NCBI GenBank assembly: GCA_965287045.1
Contig: OZ336874.1
Coordinates: forward strand, 61,008,001-61,072,000
Length of the DNA: 64,000 nt
Direction of reading: 5' to 3'
Source of the DNA: Carcharhinus amblyrhynchos
Taxonomy: Eukaryota
This document shows, in pieces, positions 62,704 through 64,000 of the stretch. A model generated the notes under the pieces. It saw nothing but the letters and a program-made list of their open reading frames with translations. It was not told the origin of the DNA and ran no database searches. The position numbers and the translations under genes are program-made. Position 1 is the stretch's first letter; each line of letters opens with the position of its first letter.

Positions 62704-62779
62704 ACAGGAAAAAAGCGGTTTTCACTTTAAATCAGTCACTCACCACAGCCACAGCCACCAGGTTCAATGCTCCGGAGAA

Positions 62780-63170
62780 CAGATTGTAAAACCTCCTTTA
62801 GGCATGGGTAAAGGAAAAGATTAGTAAGGACAAATATGGGTCCATTATATCTGAAAACTGGGGAATTTATAATGGAGAATATAGAAATGGTGGAGAAATA
62901 AAACAATTACTTTGTGTACTTACTTTCTGATTTAGAAAATCTTCCAGAATAAATAGGGAACCAAGCGATTTGTGAAAATGGGGAATTAAAAGAAATACAT
63001 ATTAATAAAGAGGTAGTACTTGAAAAATTAATTGGATTTAAATTTGATAAATCCAGTGGGCTAGATTAGCTACATCTCAGATTGTTGAAGAACGTGAATT
63101 TAGAGATAGTGGTGGGGGGATGCTGACTCAATGGGCTGAATGGTCTCCTTCTGCACTGCAGAGGTTCTAT
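62780..63170 (+). mobile_element. Old CR1 fragment (right part) ending in a CR1 tail
   Basis: Reads KRLVRTNMGPL, NNYFV, VLEKLIGFKFDKSSG. Tail is gggctgaatggtctccttctgcactgcagaggttctatg. Confidence 0.8.
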
Positions 63171-63399
63171 GAAACCTTTTTTCAAAGGACAACAACATCA
63201 GCAATCTATCTTTCTATGTACCTTATGTTTTTGTAGTTAGATTCTTGCAAAACTCATCTGCACCCTCTGAAATGCCTTTGCATTCTTCCTGAAGTGCTAC
63301 GCCCAGGATTGGACAGTGTGGCATTTTACCATTTTTTTATCTTAGTGCTGGTTGGTCTTGAAGCTGGGAAAGTTTCTGATCTGTCTTTTGGGCATGTTT

Positions 63400-64000
63400 T
63401 AGGCTCCCTCCCCCACTCCTCCCATACACACTCTGTCTGCAAAATTCTGAGTGAGCCTGTTGCTCGCTGCTCTCCCTCCATCCCCCCACCAAACGCTGCA
63501 AAGTGGCATTGGGGCCCCTCCCCCCATTGGCCCACCCCCACCCCCACCCCCATTAGCTCTGCCCCCACTGCCCCCCCCAGTAGTCCCTCTCCCATTAACC
63601 CCCCCAGCACTGCCCAGTGGGTATTGCCCAGGTGCCAGGGTGGCATGATAGTCTGGCACTGCCCAAGGGGCACCCCCCCCTTGACCTGGGCATTCCCAGA
63701 GAATCTTGATGGCCTCTGGTTCCACCAGTGAGGCCAAGCTGACTGCTCCCTATTCATGGGGAGCAAGTCTATTCCTTGCCAGCGAGAACCTTTTCCGATG
63801 AGGTCATAAAAGCAGGCAAGCCTAGATGATTGAGTGCCGGACTCACTAATGACATGTAAGTATTTCTTTAAATAGATTCAAATATATTAACCTGCCGCTT
63901 GCCCATTTCCAGTGAGAGGCTGACCGCGCTGGAAATCCTGCGTTCATAAAATGGCGCCTGTTGTGAAAACCAGCGCCCATCGTGCTAATCGCTTTACTCA
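63400..64000. mobile_element. Probable MITE-like DNA element running off the window end
   Basis: Abrupt C-rich/GC-rich block with repeated (g)cactgccc / tgccagg motifs. No credible ORF. Confidence 0.4.

Larger units (their letters stand above)
58174..62779 (-). mobile_element. Full-length, apparently intact CR1 LINE (family C), TSD CAGATT
   Basis: 5' UTR, open ORF1 and ORF2, ~520-nt 3' UTR and (TGTTCTT)3 tail. CAGATT occurs at 58168-58173 and 62780-62785. Removing the element restores the host CR1 frame IKADCK. Confidence 0.96.

Noticed and set aside
63294-63766. Gly/Pro-rich proteins in overlapping ORFs
   Set aside because: An artefact of C-rich low-complexity repeat sequence that is open in several frames.
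1-64000. Most short ORFs in the track as host genes
   Set aside because: They are antisense or alternate frames of LINEs and SINEs, or random AT-rich ORFs. No coherent exon chain was seen.

Overview
Eukaryotic, repeat-dense, AT-rich DNA. The repeats (CR1/HER1-type LINEs, HE1-like V-SINEs, Penelope, PIF/Harbinger, Gypsy and Rex1 remnants) point to a cartilaginous fish; this is inferred from repeat content only. No host protein-coding gene can be supported. The centrepiece is an apparently intact, full-length 4.6-kb CR1 LINE on the minus strand (58174-62779, TSD CAGATT). It has several unusual features. (1) ORF1 ends in a correctly phased U_UUA_AAC slippery heptamer followed by a G-tract, and ORF2 is in the -1 frame with no AUG before its endonuclease motif I. 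A second, divergent CR1 at 17183 has the same junction, which suggests programmed -1 ribosomal frameshifting. (2) Consensus splice donor and acceptor sites bracket both ORFs. (3) Its 3' UTR carries a captured V-SINE body. (4) Its 5' UTR has an ETS+TATA promoter-like module. (5) Its ORF1 SGNH esterase lacks the catalytic residues. Boundaries of old, degenerate elements are approximate because they were read by eye.
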